The position numbers and the translations under genes were made by a program. A stretch of DNA of 63,959 bases, the filler included, from a bacterium (GTDB lineage: Bacteria; UBA9089; CG2-30-40-21; SBAY01), in NCBI GenBank assembly GCA_040757115.1. It is 14 parts of 14 records of this genome, joined end to end, with 100 filler letters (N's around TTAATTAATTAA, not from the genome) between each part and the next. Parts side by side here need not be neighbours in the genome. Positions count along the whole stretch, not along the records: positions 18,449 to 21,358 come from JBFLYA010000357.1; positions 21,459 to 24,368 come from JBFLYA010000358.1; positions 24,469 to 49,496 come from JBFLYA010000036.1; 11 more parts are not named here. The stretch is one strand, 5' to 3'. Of this stretch, positions 18,874 through 29,555 are shown one piece after another. Numbering within the stretch: position 1 is the stretch's first letter; each line of letters starts with the position of its first letter. A model generated the notes under the pieces. That model was not told the origin of the DNA, searched no databases, and saw nothing but the letters and a program-made list of their open reading frames with translations.

Positions 18874-19350
18874 ATGCCAGTTATTGCTATTCCAAAACCA
18901 TTAAGGGAAAAATTAGGTGAAGATGGGATTGATTCTCTAATTGATGTGCTTAACAAATCAGAGGAAAGGGTAAAAGAAGATGTTATTACCTTATCAGCAG
19001 AAAAGTTTGAAAGAAGACTCTCTCAGGAGATTAGTGGAGTAAGGTCTGACCTTGCCATCCTTGAGGGAAAGTTTGAAACAAGAATCACTCAAGAAACCTC
19101 AAAGATTGACAAAAGAATAACTGAGGAAGTGTCTATGCTTGAAGTCAAACTTGACAAAAGAATAACAGAAGAAACAGCTAAACTTGACAAAAGAATAACT
19201 GAGGAGGTCTCTAATGTTAATGAAAGAATTTCAGAGGTAAGGGTTGAATTAAAGGCTACTTACGCCAGCATAATAAGATGGATGTTTATCTTCTATCTTG
19301 GCCAGATTGGTGCTATAATGGCCATCTTATTTGCCTTTTTTAAAAGATGA
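18874..19350 (+). CDS. DUF1640/CCDC90-like coiled-coil protein with C-terminal TM helix
   Basis: EKFERRL, repeated KLDKRITEE, IIRWMFIF...; TTGACA-N17/18-TATAAT promoter and AGGAGG RBS. Confidence 0.8.
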   Translation: MPVIAIPKPLREKLGEDGIDSLIDVLNKSEERVKEDVITLSAEKFERRLSQEISGVRSDLAILEGKFETRITQETSKIDKRITEEVSMLEVKLDKRITEETAKLDKRITEEVSNVNERISEVRVELKATYASIIRWMFIFYLGQIGAIMAILFAFFKR

Positions 19351-19418
19351 TGCACAGAAAAGGAGCAATGGGGTCAATGGCAATTGAAAACTGAGCCATT
19401 TTTGGCAATCGAAAATTG

Positions 19419-19626
19419 GGTGGTGTCTCAAAATAACTCTAATAGTGAAATCTATGCAGATTTGGTGTAAAAAAGGGGATAAGGAGATAAAGGGAGATAT
19501 GAAGATTATTCATTGTAATTTCCAAAATTTTAGAATGAATTTATCTTCTAATCTTCATAATCCCCATAATCTCCATATCTCCTTTTCGGACACTATTTTA
19601 ACCTTTATAATAGATTAAGACTACCC
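19419..19626. mobile_element. MITE E-variant (E ends with F-type core)
   Basis: Same ~50-bp left and ~38-bp right ends as 48719-49074 but different interior. Confidence 0.8.
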
Positions 19627-19631
19627 CAAAA

Positions 19632-21098
19632 TCATTTATGCCAAAAAGTAATCTCTTTATAAAAACTTCCTTCCGCCGGCAGGAGTTCAGATGGTTTTTT
19701 ATTCGGTATACTTTTTGGTCTAATATCACCCAAACCTCTTGTTTTGATTTGGAATTCAATTTCACTAGCTTCAGCCTCATTTATCCCTATCTCTCCTGAG
19801 GCAGAATCTTTTCTTCCTCTGGAAGCGATATGGATAATATCTTCTGCAGGTTCTTTAGTAGCCAGCAGGAAGATTGTCTCCTTACCTATAGTCTCATCAA
19901 GATAGAACCATGTGTCAGGTTTTGGAATCCAGTAGTCTATATTTTTTACTGGATTCTTTTCAGGGGTGAATTTTGCATTTGGAAATAGTTGAGTCATCTT
20001 TCCTGAGGTATCCTTTTGGAAGATATAGACATAGCATAGCTGTTCAGGTTTGAAGTAAACCTTGTAGTTATCTTTTGAGGTAAGCGTCATATTATTCCAC
20101 ATCTTTGCTGGCTTACCGTCTTTTTCGTAAAGGAAACTTACATTTAAAGAAAGTCTTGGAGGATTAATAATTGGTAAGTCTTCTTCCTCTACCCTTTCTA
20201 TCTCCACACGGCGATTTAAAGCATAAGAGGCTTCATCATTTCCATTGACAACCGGTCTGTCTTCACCATAGCCACGAGTAATAAGTTTTTCCGCAGGAAT
20301 AGAAAAGTGGGCAATTAAATATTTCTTTACACTTTCAGCCCTTTTTTCAGAGAGGGTTTGATTATATTCCCTTGAACCACGCGAATCAGTATGGCCGGCT
20401 ATCTTAAATTTGACTTTTGCCAACTTTTGAGAAGATAACGCCTTTCCTATTTCATTAAGCTGAGGGATGGCTTGCTTGGATATTGTAGATCTGTTGTAAT
20501 CAAAGTGTATCCTAAATACCATTTTTGAAGTATCCCTGATACCATCAACGGTTCTTGTAGTTACTCTTCCTAAAACACCCCTTGTAGTTTCAGCCTGAAT
20601 TACACCATATTTATCAATATCATTAAGAATAGCCTTTGTATGAGAAAGCCTCTTTTGATATAATTGATATAATTTATTATCAGGGTTTAACTTGAGCCCT
20701 TTTTCATACCAACTTTTCGCTTCTTCATACCTTCCTGTCTTAAAATATACATCACCCAAACCAAAATAGGGATCAGAGGCATCAGGTCTTAGTTTATTAA
20801 CTACTTCCTGATATTGAGTTATGGCATCTTCATATCTTTCGAGGTTCTCGTAGACATCTCCTAAGTTATTATGTGCCTCAGCATAATCAGGATATAACTC
20901 TATTGCCTTGCTGTAAAAGTATTCCTTCTGTCTCAACACCTCTACTGAACAGGCATTGCGAACTTCACTTCTTAGACCAAGCGCCTTTTGAAAGAGCTCT
21001 TTTGCTTTTTCCTTATCCTCTCCTTGAGCTTGAGATAAGAGAGCAAAATTCAAACAAAGAGAGAAAATTGTAACCTTAAATAGTATTTTTACTAACAT
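19632..21098 (-). CDS. TPR + OmpA-like peptidoglycan-binding + DUF4384-like exported protein
   Basis: AEAHNNLGDVY TPRs; IAGHTDSRGS...NQTLSEKRA...NRRVEI; CYVYIFQKD...LFPN. Confidence 0.85.
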   Translation of the reverse strand: MLVKILFKVTIFSLCLNFALLSQAQGEDKEKAKELFQKALGLRSEVRNACSVEVLRQKEYFYSKAIELYPDYAEAHNNLGDVYENLERYEDAITQYQEVVNKLRPDASDPYFGLGDVYFKTGRYEEAKSWYEKGLKLNPDNKLYQLYQKRLSHTKAILNDIDKYGVIQAETTRGVLGRVTTRTVDGIRDTSKMVFRIHFDYNRSTISKQAIPQLNEIGKALSSQKLAKVKFKIAGHTDSRGSREYNQTLSEKRAESVKKYLIAHFSIPAEKLITRGYGEDRPVVNGNDEASYALNRRVEIERVEEEDLPIINPPRLSLNVSFLYEKDGKPAKMWNNMTLTSKDNYKVYFKPEQLCYVYIFQKDTSGKMTQLFPNAKFTPEKNPVKNIDYWIPKPDTWFYLDETIGKETIFLLATKEPAEDIIHIASRGRKDSASGEIGINEAEASEIEFQIKTRGLGDIRPKSIPNKKPSELLPAEGSFYKEITFWHK

Positions 21099-21458
21099 TT
21101 TTTTACACCTCCTCATATAGCCTTTTGCTGAAGGAGTTTAATCTCCTTCTACTTTTAATTATCGAATCAATTTCTATTTTTTCTCACCACCTCCTTTAAA
21201 TCTCGTGAGGGTCGGACTTATTCTAACCCCACATCAGAAGTAGGATTAGAGAGATTATGTAATAATTACACCTCCCATCCTTAAATCCTTCCCTTATCTC
21301 TTTGTCCTCCCCTTTAATCTTTCCTTAAAATCAATATTTTTGTTTAGGAATATTCTTANNNNNNNNNNNNNNNNNNNNNNNNNNNNNNNNNNNNNNNNNN
21401 NNTTAATTAATTAANNNNNNNNNNNNNNNNNNNNNNNNNNNNNNNNNNNNNNNNNNNN

Positions 21459-21580
21459 TTCCACAATCAATTTCTACCTATTTCTATAAATTTCAATCTA
21501 TTTCTATTATCTTATCTCCATATCACTCTTATCTCCTTATCCCCTTTCTTACACTTTTGATATATAGCCTGAACGGTTAC
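21459..21580. mobile_element. MITE family A, partial
   Basis: Matches 1-126. Confidence 0.85.
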
Positions 21581-21603
21581 AATAAGCGGTTAGGTCTAAG
21601 AAA

Positions 21604-22566
21604 ATGAAAATTACTTTATTTATTATAATTTTTTTAATTTTGCTACTTTGCTTATTTCTAACCATAATAAAAAAAGGAAAAAAAAAGAAGGTCAAAGAAA
21701 GATTAAAACCCTATATTGGACCACTTTTTATCCCACAAATAACCAATATTGAGCAAAAAGAAAGCCTGTCAGATAAACTTGGGACTAAACTAATAAATTT
21801 TATATTTTTTAAAGGATACCAGGCAAAGATTAAGGATAAATTAGCCAAAGCAGGTGTTTTACTTCGACCGTCGGAATTCATCTTGATTAATTTATTTATA
21901 TCTCTTTGTTTTGCGGGTATTGGCATAGTCATTTTTCCAAAGATATTCTTCATTAGTCTTTTTGCTGGAGGTAGTTTTGGATATTTTCTTCCGCATTTTT
22001 TTTTACATCATCTCAAAAAAAAGAGGTTATCTATCTTCACCAGCCAGTTATGTAATGTTATTTCGCTAATCTCAAATTCTCTTAAAGCCGGATATAGCTT
22101 TTTGCAAGCATTGGATATGGTGGCTAAAGAAACCTCCCCGCCAATATCTGTTGAATTCAGTCGGGTCTTACGCGAGGATAATTTGGGCGTCCCATTAGAT
22201 AAGGCACTTGAAAACCTTGTTAAGCGGATAGAAAGTGAAGATTTAGATTTAGTCGTAACTGCAGTATTGATTCAAAAGCAAATTGGTGGAAATCTGTCAG
22301 AGATTTTAGACCGTGTCGCATACACTATCCGGGAACGAATCCGAATTAAAGGAGAGATAAAAACATTGACCGCTCAAGGACGGCTATCTGGACTTATTGT
22401 CTCACTTTTACCCGTTATCTTAGGATTAATCCTCAGTCTTCTCCAACCTGATATTTATAAACTCCTTATCACCGAACGGATGGGCTGGTTAATAATTGGG
22501 ATAGGTGTAACAATGCAAATCATTGGAATATTAATTATAAAAAAATTAATTCGGGTGGAAGTATGA
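21604..22566 (+). CDS. tadB: Tad pilus T2SSF-family membrane protein TadB
   Basis: SLKAGYSFLQAL, GGNLSEIL, TLTAQGRLSG. Confidence 0.85.
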   Translation: MKITLFIIIFLILLLCLFLTIIKKGKKKKVKERLKPYIGPLFIPQITNIEQKESLSDKLGTKLINFIFFKGYQAKIKDKLAKAGVLLRPSEFILINLFISLCFAGIGIVIFPKIFFISLFAGGSFGYFLPHFFLHHLKKKRLSIFTSQLCNVISLISNSLKAGYSFLQALDMVAKETSPPISVEFSRVLREDNLGVPLDKALENLVKRIESEDLDLVVTAVLIQKQIGGNLSEILDRVAYTIRERIRIKGEIKTLTAQGRLSGLIVSLLPVILGLILSLLQPDIYKLLITERMGWLIIGIGVTMQIIGILIIKKLIRVEV

Positions 22567-22571
22567 GGGTG

Positions 22572-22919
22572 GTGTTTAGCGTGTTCTGAATGATGCTAAT
22601 TTAAGGTGTAACTCTTGTAAAATATTCCACGAGAAGCTTAATGCAAATATCAAAATGTAAAAAGCAAAATGACAAAGTAAAATGCAAAAGTACTTGTAAG
22701 TCAATAGAAAAAATCAAATATTAAAAATCAAAAATAAGAATAAAAGAATTCCTTAATTTTGATATTTGCTCTTTGATTTTTGATATGATATTTGATATGT
22801 CATTTTGCATTTTAATATTTAATTTTTAATTTTGGATTACAAAACTTATTGTATTTCAAATAGTTTTGTAATAACTCAATACTTTTCCTTCATGTTCTCT
22901 GACCACGCTAAACAGGTAC
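22572..22919. mobile_element. MITE family H between tadB and tadC
   Basis: GTGTTTAGCGTG...CACGCTAAACAGGTAC; homologous to 1462-1951 minus the nested element. Confidence 0.8.
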
Positions 22920-22948
22920 AGTATAAGGGAGTGACAGAGGTGGATGTG

Positions 22949-23911
22949 ATGAATTTTTTATTAGTGATGATAATTTTTATGGTTATTACTACTTTTTCTC
23001 TGGTAATTATAGGAGTCCTTACATCCAGAAGGGCAAAAGTTATCAATCGACTTAAAAAGGTAACATCAGATAGAACACCTGAACAAGTAGTAATCTCTTT
23101 AGACGAAGAGGAGTTAAGAAAACCCTTTTTTGAGCGGATGATTAAGCCTGTTATCCAGAAAATAGCATTAAAATTTACCCGAAAAGAAGGCTCTTCGGCG
23201 TATCAAGATAAACTTTTAACTCAACTTATTATGGCGGGAAATCCAGGGAATTTACAACCCGGTGAATTTATTGTCATCCAATTTTTGATAAGTTTGGTTT
23301 TATTATTTGTTATTTTAATATTGTGTCTATTTATTAATCTAAACCCACCTATTTTAATTCTTGTTTTTACCTTAACTGGTTTTGGATTTGGGTTTGTGGG
23401 ACCTAAATTTTGGTTAAGTAAGCAAGTTACAATAAGGAAGCGGCAAATTTCAAGGTCATTACCAGGCACCCTTGACTTATTACAGGTAAGTATGGAGGCA
23501 GGATTAGGATTTGATTTAGCTTTATCAAAGGTGGTGGAGAAGGTTAAAGGACCGCTGGCTTTTGAGTTCAAAAAGGCATTAGAAGAGATTATGGTTGGCA
23601 AGAATCGAAAGGAGGCGTTGAAAGATATTAGCAAACGCACACAAGTAGAAGATTTACAATTGTTTATTAACAATATTATTCAAGCCGAACAACTTGGTGT
23701 GGGTATCGCCAGGGTAATTCAGGTTCAGTCAGACCAAATCAGGGTTCTTCAACGACAACGGGCAGAAGAGCAGGCAATGAAAGTCCCTATCAAGATGCTC
23801 TTTCCACTCATCTTCTTCATTTTCCCCACTATCCTTCTGGTTGTCCTGGGTCCTGTCTTGCTTAAAATTATTAGCGAATTAGGCACAACAACAATCAAGT
23901 TTAGCTTTTGA
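22949..23911 (+). CDS. tadC: Tad pilus membrane protein TadC
   Basis: LDLLQVSMEAGLGFDLAL, RAEEQAMKVPIKMLFPL; start moved to ATG after GAGGTG. Confidence 0.85.
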   Translation: MNFLLVMIIFMVITTFSLVIIGVLTSRRAKVINRLKKVTSDRTPEQVVISLDEEELRKPFFERMIKPVIQKIALKFTRKEGSSAYQDKLLTQLIMAGNPGNLQPGEFIVIQFLISLVLLFVILILCLFINLNPPILILVFTLTGFGFGFVGPKFWLSKQVTIRKRQISRSLPGTLDLLQVSMEAGLGFDLALSKVVEKVKGPLAFEFKKALEEIMVGKNRKEALKDISKRTQVEDLQLFINNIIQAEQLGVGIARVIQVQSDQIRVLQRQRAEEQAMKVPIKMLFPLIFFIFPTILLVVLGPVLLKIISELGTTTIKFSF

Positions 23912-23926
23912 GTGGAAATAAGGAAT

Positions 23927-24368
23927 ATGGATAAGGTCGAATTATTTAAAAAAGTAGATAAGATAATTGGGACACCGATTTGTTTTGTTTTAGGTGTATT
24001 AGATAAGCTGTTCTTCAGGAAACGGATTTCACAACATCACTGGCAGAGAATTTTGGTTATCAAACTAATTGCTATTGGAGACTTAGTCGTAGCACTTCCA
24101 ACCATAAAGGCACTGAGAAAAAGTTTTCCAGAGGCATATCTAACAATATTAGTCACTCCACGCGTAAAAGAAGTAGTTGAAGGCTGTCCATATCTTGACC
24201 GTATTATCTACTATGACATATTAAATACAGGAATAGCTGGGTTATTCAAGATTATCTCTTTGTTAAGGAAGGAGGAGTTTGATGTTGTGCTTGAATTAGA
24301 CCATTATTACCGTATCACCAGTTTAATCACATTTTTTGCCGGGATAAAGAACCGTGTAGGTTTTGATT
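23927..24368 (+). CDS. Glycosyltransferase family 9 (heptosyltransferase-like), 3'-truncated
   Basis: RILVIKLIAIGDLVVALP. Confidence 0.85.
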
Positions 24369-24468
24369 NNNNNNNNNNNNNNNNNNNNNNNNNNNNNNNN
24401 NNNNNNNNNNNNTTAATTAATTAANNNNNNNNNNNNNNNNNNNNNNNNNNNNNNNNNNNNNNNNNNNN

Positions 24469-24790
24469 GTGTATAGGGTTCTGCAAAATAGGATTTGAGG
24501 GAGACAACAAATAAATATCAAATATCAAATATTAAATATCAAATATAAATATCAAAATGCAAAATTACAAATCAAATTTCAAAGAGGAAGTAGCAAGGTT
24601 TCTCAAAGAGTTGGAGGAATTTGGTAATATCTTTGCTTCAAGTATTTTAACGCTGAAAGGAAAGAGATAATTTTACATTTTGATATGTAATTTTTATATT
24701 TGCTTTTTGCATTTTGCTCTTTGGAGGAAATCCCTTTTGGACACCAAATCTGCATAGATTTCACTATTAGAGTTATTTTCAGACACCACC
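24469..24790. mobile_element. MITE family E, partial
   Basis: Reverse complement of 48719-49074, near-identical. Confidence 0.9.
24557..24670 (+). pseudogene. Internally deleted four-helix-bundle (23S rRNA-IVP/Avd-like) gene inside MITE E
   Basis: MQNYKSNFKEEVARFLKELEEFGNIFASSILTLKGKR*; termini resemble four-helix-bundle proteins (recall). Confidence 0.6.
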
Positions 24791-24882
24791 GAAAATTGAG
24801 CATAGAGATTAGAGATTAGCAAGAGTGCAGGTTCTAATTCACTAATTCTCTAATCTCTAATTAACTATTTTCAGGAGAAATT

Positions 24883-25251
24883 ATGATCCAGGCACGCACT
24901 CGTTTAGAGGTAGCCGATAATTCAGGCGCAAGAAAAATAATGTGCATCAAGGTATTAGGAGGCACTAAAAGTAGATATGCCTATGTAGGTGATATAATTG
25001 TTGCCTCGGTTAAAGAAGCTATACCAACATCTCCTATTAAAAAAGGAGATGTTGTTAAAGCCGTAATTGTTCGCACAACAAACCAAACAAGACGGAAAGA
25101 TGGTTCTTATCTTAGATTTGATGATAATGCCGCCGTCATTATTGATGAACAAAAAAATCCACGCGCAACCAGAATATTTGGACCCGTAGCCAGAGAATTA
25201 CGAAGTAGAGATTTTATGAAAATTATTACATTGGCTCCAGAAGTAGTTTAG
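24883..25251 (+). CDS. rplN: 50S ribosomal protein L14
   Basis: [26 protein letters not shown]. Confidence 0.99.
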   Translation: MIQARTRLEVADNSGARKIMCIKVLGGTKSRYAYVGDIIVASVKEAIPTSPIKKGDVVKAVIVRTTNQTRRKDGSYLRFDDNAAVIIDEQKNPRATRIFGPVARELRSRDFMKIITLAPEVV

Positions 25252-25307
25252 AAAAGTAGTCAGTGAGCAGTAAATTTATATACTCTTCACTGTCTATGGA
25301 GGTATTA

Positions 25308-25637
25308 ATGAATAAAGTTTTTATTAAAAAAGGAGATACAGTCGCAATCCTTGCGGGTAAAGATGATGGGAAACAAGGGAAAGTGTTGCATGTGTTTCCG
25401 CAAAAGAATAGAGTAATGGTCGAAGGAATTAACTTCGTTAAACGACATACACGAAAAAATCCACAAAAACAACAAATAGGTGGAGTAATAACTCGCGAAT
25501 CATCCATTCCTGTATCCAGGGTAATGTTTGTGTGCCCTAACTGTAATCGACCAACAAGATTAGGTAGATTAGTCAGGGATGATGGCTCAAAAGTCAGGGT
25601 ATGTAAAAAATGTGAGGAAGTTGTTGATAAAAAGTAA
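25308..25637 (+). CDS. rplX: 50S ribosomal protein L24
   Basis: IKKGDTV...GKDDGKQGKV; start after GGAGG. Confidence 0.97.
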   Translation: MNKVFIKKGDTVAILAGKDDGKQGKVLHVFPQKNRVMVEGINFVKRHTRKNPQKQQIGGVITRESSIPVSRVMFVCPNCNRPTRLGRLVRDDGSKVRVCKKCEEVVDKK

Positions 25638-25761
25638 AATAGACACTGCTCAGTGAACAGTGATGAGTAAAACCATGCACTTCTACTTTCCCCCTTAATA
25701 AAGGGGGTTAGGGGGTTGTTATTACTAATCATTGACTGCTGTTTTACTTATGAGGTAATTT

Positions 25762-26301
25762 ATGTCAAGATTAAAAGATATATATAAAAAAGAAGTAATT
25801 CCCATATTAAAGGAAAAATTTGGCTATAAAAATGAATTAGCTATCCCTAAATTAGAAAAGATTGTGATTAATATGGGTGTTGGAGATGCCAATACTAATC
25901 CCAAGGCATTAGACTCGGCTATGGAGATATTAGCCATAATCTCAGGACAACAACCAGTTAAAAAAGCCGCAAGAAAATCAATCGCAGGCTTTAAACTAAG
26001 AGCCGGCATGACAGTAGGATGTATGGTGACATTAAGACGACAAAGAATGTATGAATTTTATGATAGGTTAGTCAACATCGCTTTACCACGAGTTAGGGAT
26101 TTTAGAGGAACACCAACTAATTCCTTTGATGGAAGAGGAAATTATACCCTCGGCGTTCGTGAACAAATTATCTTCCCTGAGGTAAATTATGATAAGATAG
26201 AAAGAGTGCGGGGGATGAATATTAGTATCGTTACAACAGCAAAAACAGATGAAGAGGCAAAAGAACTCCTGAAAGCTCTTGGAATGCCATTTAGAAAGTG
26301 A
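25762..26301 (+). CDS. rplE: 50S ribosomal protein L5
   Basis: [19 protein letters not shown]. Confidence 0.99.
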   Translation: MSRLKDIYKKEVIPILKEKFGYKNELAIPKLEKIVINMGVGDANTNPKALDSAMEILAIISGQQPVKKAARKSIAGFKLRAGMTVGCMVTLRRQRMYEFYDRLVNIALPRVRDFRGTPTNSFDGRGNYTLGVREQIIFPEVNYDKIERVRGMNISIVTTAKTDEEAKELLKALGMPFRK

Positions 26302-26314
26302 GGGGAAAAATTTT

Positions 26315-26500
26315 ATGGCCAGAAAGGCAATGATTGAAAAATCAAAAAGAATTCCTAAATTTAAAGTGCGAATCCACAATAGATGTCTAATATGTGGTAG
26401 GCCAAGAGGATATTTACGCAAATTTGGTATGTGCCGCATTTGCCTCAGAACATTAGGCAGAGAAGGTAAAATACCAGGTCTCATTAAATCCAGCTGGTAA
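26315..26500 (+). CDS. rpsZ: 30S ribosomal protein S14 type Z
   Basis: 61 aa; RCLICGRPR...CRIC zinc motif. Confidence 0.97.
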   Translation: MARKAMIEKSKRIPKFKVRIHNRCLICGRPRGYLRKFGMCRICLRTLGREGKIPGLIKSSW

Positions 26501-26585
26501 TTAAGTAAGTAATCGGTTAAATGGTAATTGGTAACTAATTACCAGTCACCAGTTACCAGTTACCAAAAAATAAGGAGTATAAAAA

Positions 26586-26984
26586 ATGAGTATGACAGAC
26601 CCTGTTGCCGATATGTTAACCAGAATTCGTAACGCTAATTATTCTGGTCATGAAAAAGTTGATATTCCGGCATCAAAATTAAAAACTGAAATTGCTACTG
26701 TTCTCAAAAAGGAAAAATTCATTAAATCCTATAAATTTGTTGAAGACCATAAACAAGGCATTATTAGAATTTACTTAAAATATGGTCCCAAAAAAGAAAG
26801 AGTTTTAACTGATTTGAAAAGAATTAGTAAACCAGGACGACGAATCTATGTAGATAAAGACAATCTTCCAAAAGTATTAGCTGGCACAGGAATCGCTATT
26901 ATCTCCACCTCAAAAGGAGTGATGACGGATAATGCGTGTAAAAAACTTGGGGTCGGCGGAGAAATCCTTTGCTATGTGTGGTAA
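26586..26984 (+). CDS. rpsH: 30S ribosomal protein S8
   Basis: [24 protein letters not shown]. Confidence 0.99.
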   Translation: MSMTDPVADMLTRIRNANYSGHEKVDIPASKLKTEIATVLKKEKFIKSYKFVEDHKQGIIRIYLKYGPKKERVLTDLKRISKPGRRIYVDKDNLPKVLAGTGIAIISTSKGVMTDNACKKLGVGGEILCYVW

Positions 26985-27008
26985 AAAGTAGAAAAGGAGT
27001 AATGTAAA

Positions 27009-27551
27009 ATGTCACGAATAGGACAGGCACCAATAAATGTGCCTAAGGATGTAAAAGTTAATATGGATAACGGAAATATTACCGTCCAGGGACCTCTAGG
27101 TAAATTATCGTGGATATTTCCGGCGACAATGACCATAGAAATTAAGGAAGATAAACTTTTAGTTAAAAGCACCATTCCTGATGATAAAAAAGAAAAAGCC
27201 CTTTATGGATTAACACGAAGTTTAATTAAAAATATGGTTGAGGGAGTAAAAACAGGCTTTGAGAAAACTTTATTAATTGAAGGGGTAGGTTATAAGGCTA
27301 TCCTTGAAGGTAAAAATGTAAAACTACAAATAGGCTTCTCTCATCCGGTAATCATTACTCCACCAGAAGGAATTACCTTTGAAACCCCTGAAGCTACTAA
27401 AATAAAGGTTAAAGGGATTGATAAACAATTGGTCGGTGAAATAGCCGCCCAAATTCGCAACATCCGCACCGCTGATGTCTATAAAAGAAAAGGAATTAGA
27501 TATATTGACGAGCATATTAAGACGAAGGTGGGTAAGACAGGATTAAAATAA
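27009..27551 (+). CDS. rplF: 50S ribosomal protein L6
   Basis: MSRIG, GVGYKA, GFSHPV. Confidence 0.98.
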   Translation: MSRIGQAPINVPKDVKVNMDNGNITVQGPLGKLSWIFPATMTIEIKEDKLLVKSTIPDDKKEKALYGLTRSLIKNMVEGVKTGFEKTLLIEGVGYKAILEGKNVKLQIGFSHPVIITPPEGITFETPEATKIKVKGIDKQLVGEIAAQIRNIRTADVYKRKGIRYIDEHIKTKVGKTGLK

Positions 27552-27567
27552 ATTTATAAGGTAAGTT

Positions 27568-27927
27568 ATGAATATAAAAGATAAAAAAGAGCTAAGATTA
27601 AAAAGAAGACATCGAACAAGAAGAAAGATATTTGGTACTTATGAAAGACCAAGACTTAGTGTCCATCGGAGTTTGAAACATATTTATGCCCAAATCATAA
27701 ATGATGAAGAAGGAAAGACATTAGCCTGTGTTTCGAGTGCGAAAAAAGGTTTTATTTCAGATTCGATGAAAAAAATAGATGTGGCAAAAAAAATAGGTAG
27801 TTTGATTGCTCAACTTTCAATTGAGAAAGGAATTAAAAAGGTTGTTTTTGACCGCGGTGGTTATCCATACCACGGACGGATAAAGGCATTAGCCGAAGCC
27901 GCCAGGGAAGGGGGATTAGAGGTTTAA
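27568..27927 (+). CDS. rplR: 50S ribosomal protein L18
   Basis: [22 protein letters not shown]. Confidence 0.99.
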   Translation: MNIKDKKELRLKRRHRTRRKIFGTYERPRLSVHRSLKHIYAQIINDEEGKTLACVSSAKKGFISDSMKKIDVAKKIGSLIAQLSIEKGIKKVVFDRGGYPYHGRIKALAEAAREGGLEV

Positions 27928-27930
27928 AAA

Positions 27931-28422
27931 ATGAATGAAAAAATTAATCTAAAGGAAGTAGATTTAACAGAAAAGGTAATCACCATTAATCGAGTGGCAA
28001 AGGTAGTTAAAGGGGGCAAGAGATTCGGATTTACGGCATTAGTTATTGTTGGAGATAGACAGGGACATGTTGGGGTAGGCTATGGTAAGGCAAATGAAGT
28101 GCCACAAGCCGTGGCAAAAGGAATAGGATTAGCAAAGAAAAATTTGCTCCAGATTCCCTTAAAAGGAACAACTATCCCTTATCCTTTAATAGGCCATAAA
28201 GGCTCTGGATATGTCGTCTTAAAACCCGCCGCACCAGGAACAGGAATTATTGCCGGTGGACCTATTCGAGCGGTTATGGAGGCATTAGGCGTGCAGGATA
28301 TTCTAACAAAATCACTTGGAAACAATAATCCACTTGCGGTTATTAATGCCACAATGAATGCTTTGAAACAAACAATATCTCTATCGGCAAGATTAGACCT
28401 TCGTAATACATTACCAGTATAA
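27931..28422 (+). CDS. rpsE: 30S ribosomal protein S5
   Basis: [23 protein letters not shown]. Confidence 0.99.
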   Translation: MNEKINLKEVDLTEKVITINRVAKVVKGGKRFGFTALVIVGDRQGHVGVGYGKANEVPQAVAKGIGLAKKNLLQIPLKGTTIPYPLIGHKGSGYVVLKPAAPGTGIIAGGPIRAVMEALGVQDILTKSLGNNNPLAVINATMNALKQTISLSARLDLRNTLPV

Positions 28423-28451
28423 GAAAGAGATAATGGAGGTTTTCAAGACAA

Positions 28452-28871
28452 ATGGCTATTGTTATTTCAGATAGACTAAAAGAAAAATTTGGTAGTCCAG
28501 TAATAGAAGATTTTCTCAAGGTTATGGAGCAAATAATTCTTGAAAAAGGAGTTCCAAAGGATGAACTTGGGCATAAGTTAAGCGTGATAGATTTCAGGTT
28601 TAATAAATTAGACGAAGGATATAGTGAAATCAAAAAAGCCCTGGGAGAACTAAATGAACGAATAGATAAGATTCATGAGCGAATAGATAAGATTCATGAG
28701 CGAATGGAAAGGATGGAAGGAAGATTCAACGAACAAATTCAAGAAATCCATAGATTATTAATCTCTCAAACTAAATTAATCGTCTCTCAAACTAAATGGA
28801 TGGTGGGAAGTATTATCTGTGTTGCAACTTTAATTAGTGCTTTGATGGCTATATTTAGATTTGTTAGATAA
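28452..28871 (+). CDS. Coiled-coil protein with C-terminal TM helix inserted in the spc operon
   Basis: ERIDKIH tandem repeat, [10 protein letters not shown]...; GGAGG RBS. Confidence 0.75.
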   Translation: MAIVISDRLKEKFGSPVIEDFLKVMEQIILEKGVPKDELGHKLSVIDFRFNKLDEGYSEIKKALGELNERIDKIHERIDKIHERMERMEGRFNEQIQEIHRLLISQTKLIVSQTKWMVGSIICVATLISALMAIFRFVR

Positions 28872-28894
28872 AAATAGAAAGTGAGAAGAGTAAA

Positions 28895-29077
28895 ATGGAG
28901 AAAAATTTGAAGATAACTTTAGTTAAAAGTAGATTCGGAAGAATACCAAAACATTGCGGAACTTTATCGGCATTGGGATTAAGGAAAATAAACCAGACGG
29001 TGATAAAACCTGATAATCCTCAAATAAAAGGAATGATAAAACAAATTGATTATTTAGTTAAGGTAGAGAAGATATGA
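28895..29077 (+). CDS. rpmD: 50S ribosomal protein L30
   Basis: [19 protein letters not shown]. Confidence 0.97.
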   Translation: MEKNLKITLVKSRFGRIPKHCGTLSALGLRKINQTVIKPDNPQIKGMIKQIDYLVKVEKI

Positions 29078-29523
29078 AATTAAATCAATTAAAGGCACCC
29101 AAGGGTGCACACAAAAAACCTAAAAGAATAGGATGTGGACTGGGTTCAGGACATGGAAAGACTGCAACTAAAGGGACGAAAGGACAATTAGCCCGCAAAG
29201 GTGGTAAAGGGATTGGTTTTGAAGGAGGTCAAATGCCACTTCAACGACGAATTCCAAAACGAGGATTTACCAATCCAAGAAGAAAAGAATATACGACCAT
29301 AGATGTGGGCACAATTGCTTCTTGTGGTTTCGAACCAGGCTCTAAAATTACATCTAATATCTTACTTCAGGTGGGATTGATTAAAAAAATTAAGAATGGT
29401 GTGAAAATATTGGGTGACGGAGAAATAAACATACCTCTGATATTTAAAGTAGATGCCGTGAGCAAAGGAGCAATTAAAAAAATCGAAGCCGCAGGTGGAA
29501 AAGTTGAACCCAAAGAGGAATAA
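29074..29523 (+). CDS. rplO: 50S ribosomal protein L15
   Basis: [25 protein letters not shown]. Confidence 0.99.
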   Translation: MKLNQLKAPKGAHKKPKRIGCGLGSGHGKTATKGTKGQLARKGGKGIGFEGGQMPLQRRIPKRGFTNPRRKEYTTIDVGTIASCGFEPGSKITSNILLQVGLIKKIKNGVKILGDGEINIPLIFKVDAVSKGAIKKIEAAGGKVEPKEE

Positions 29524-29555
29524 TTTGAAGGAATGCAAAATAAGGAGTTTATCTT

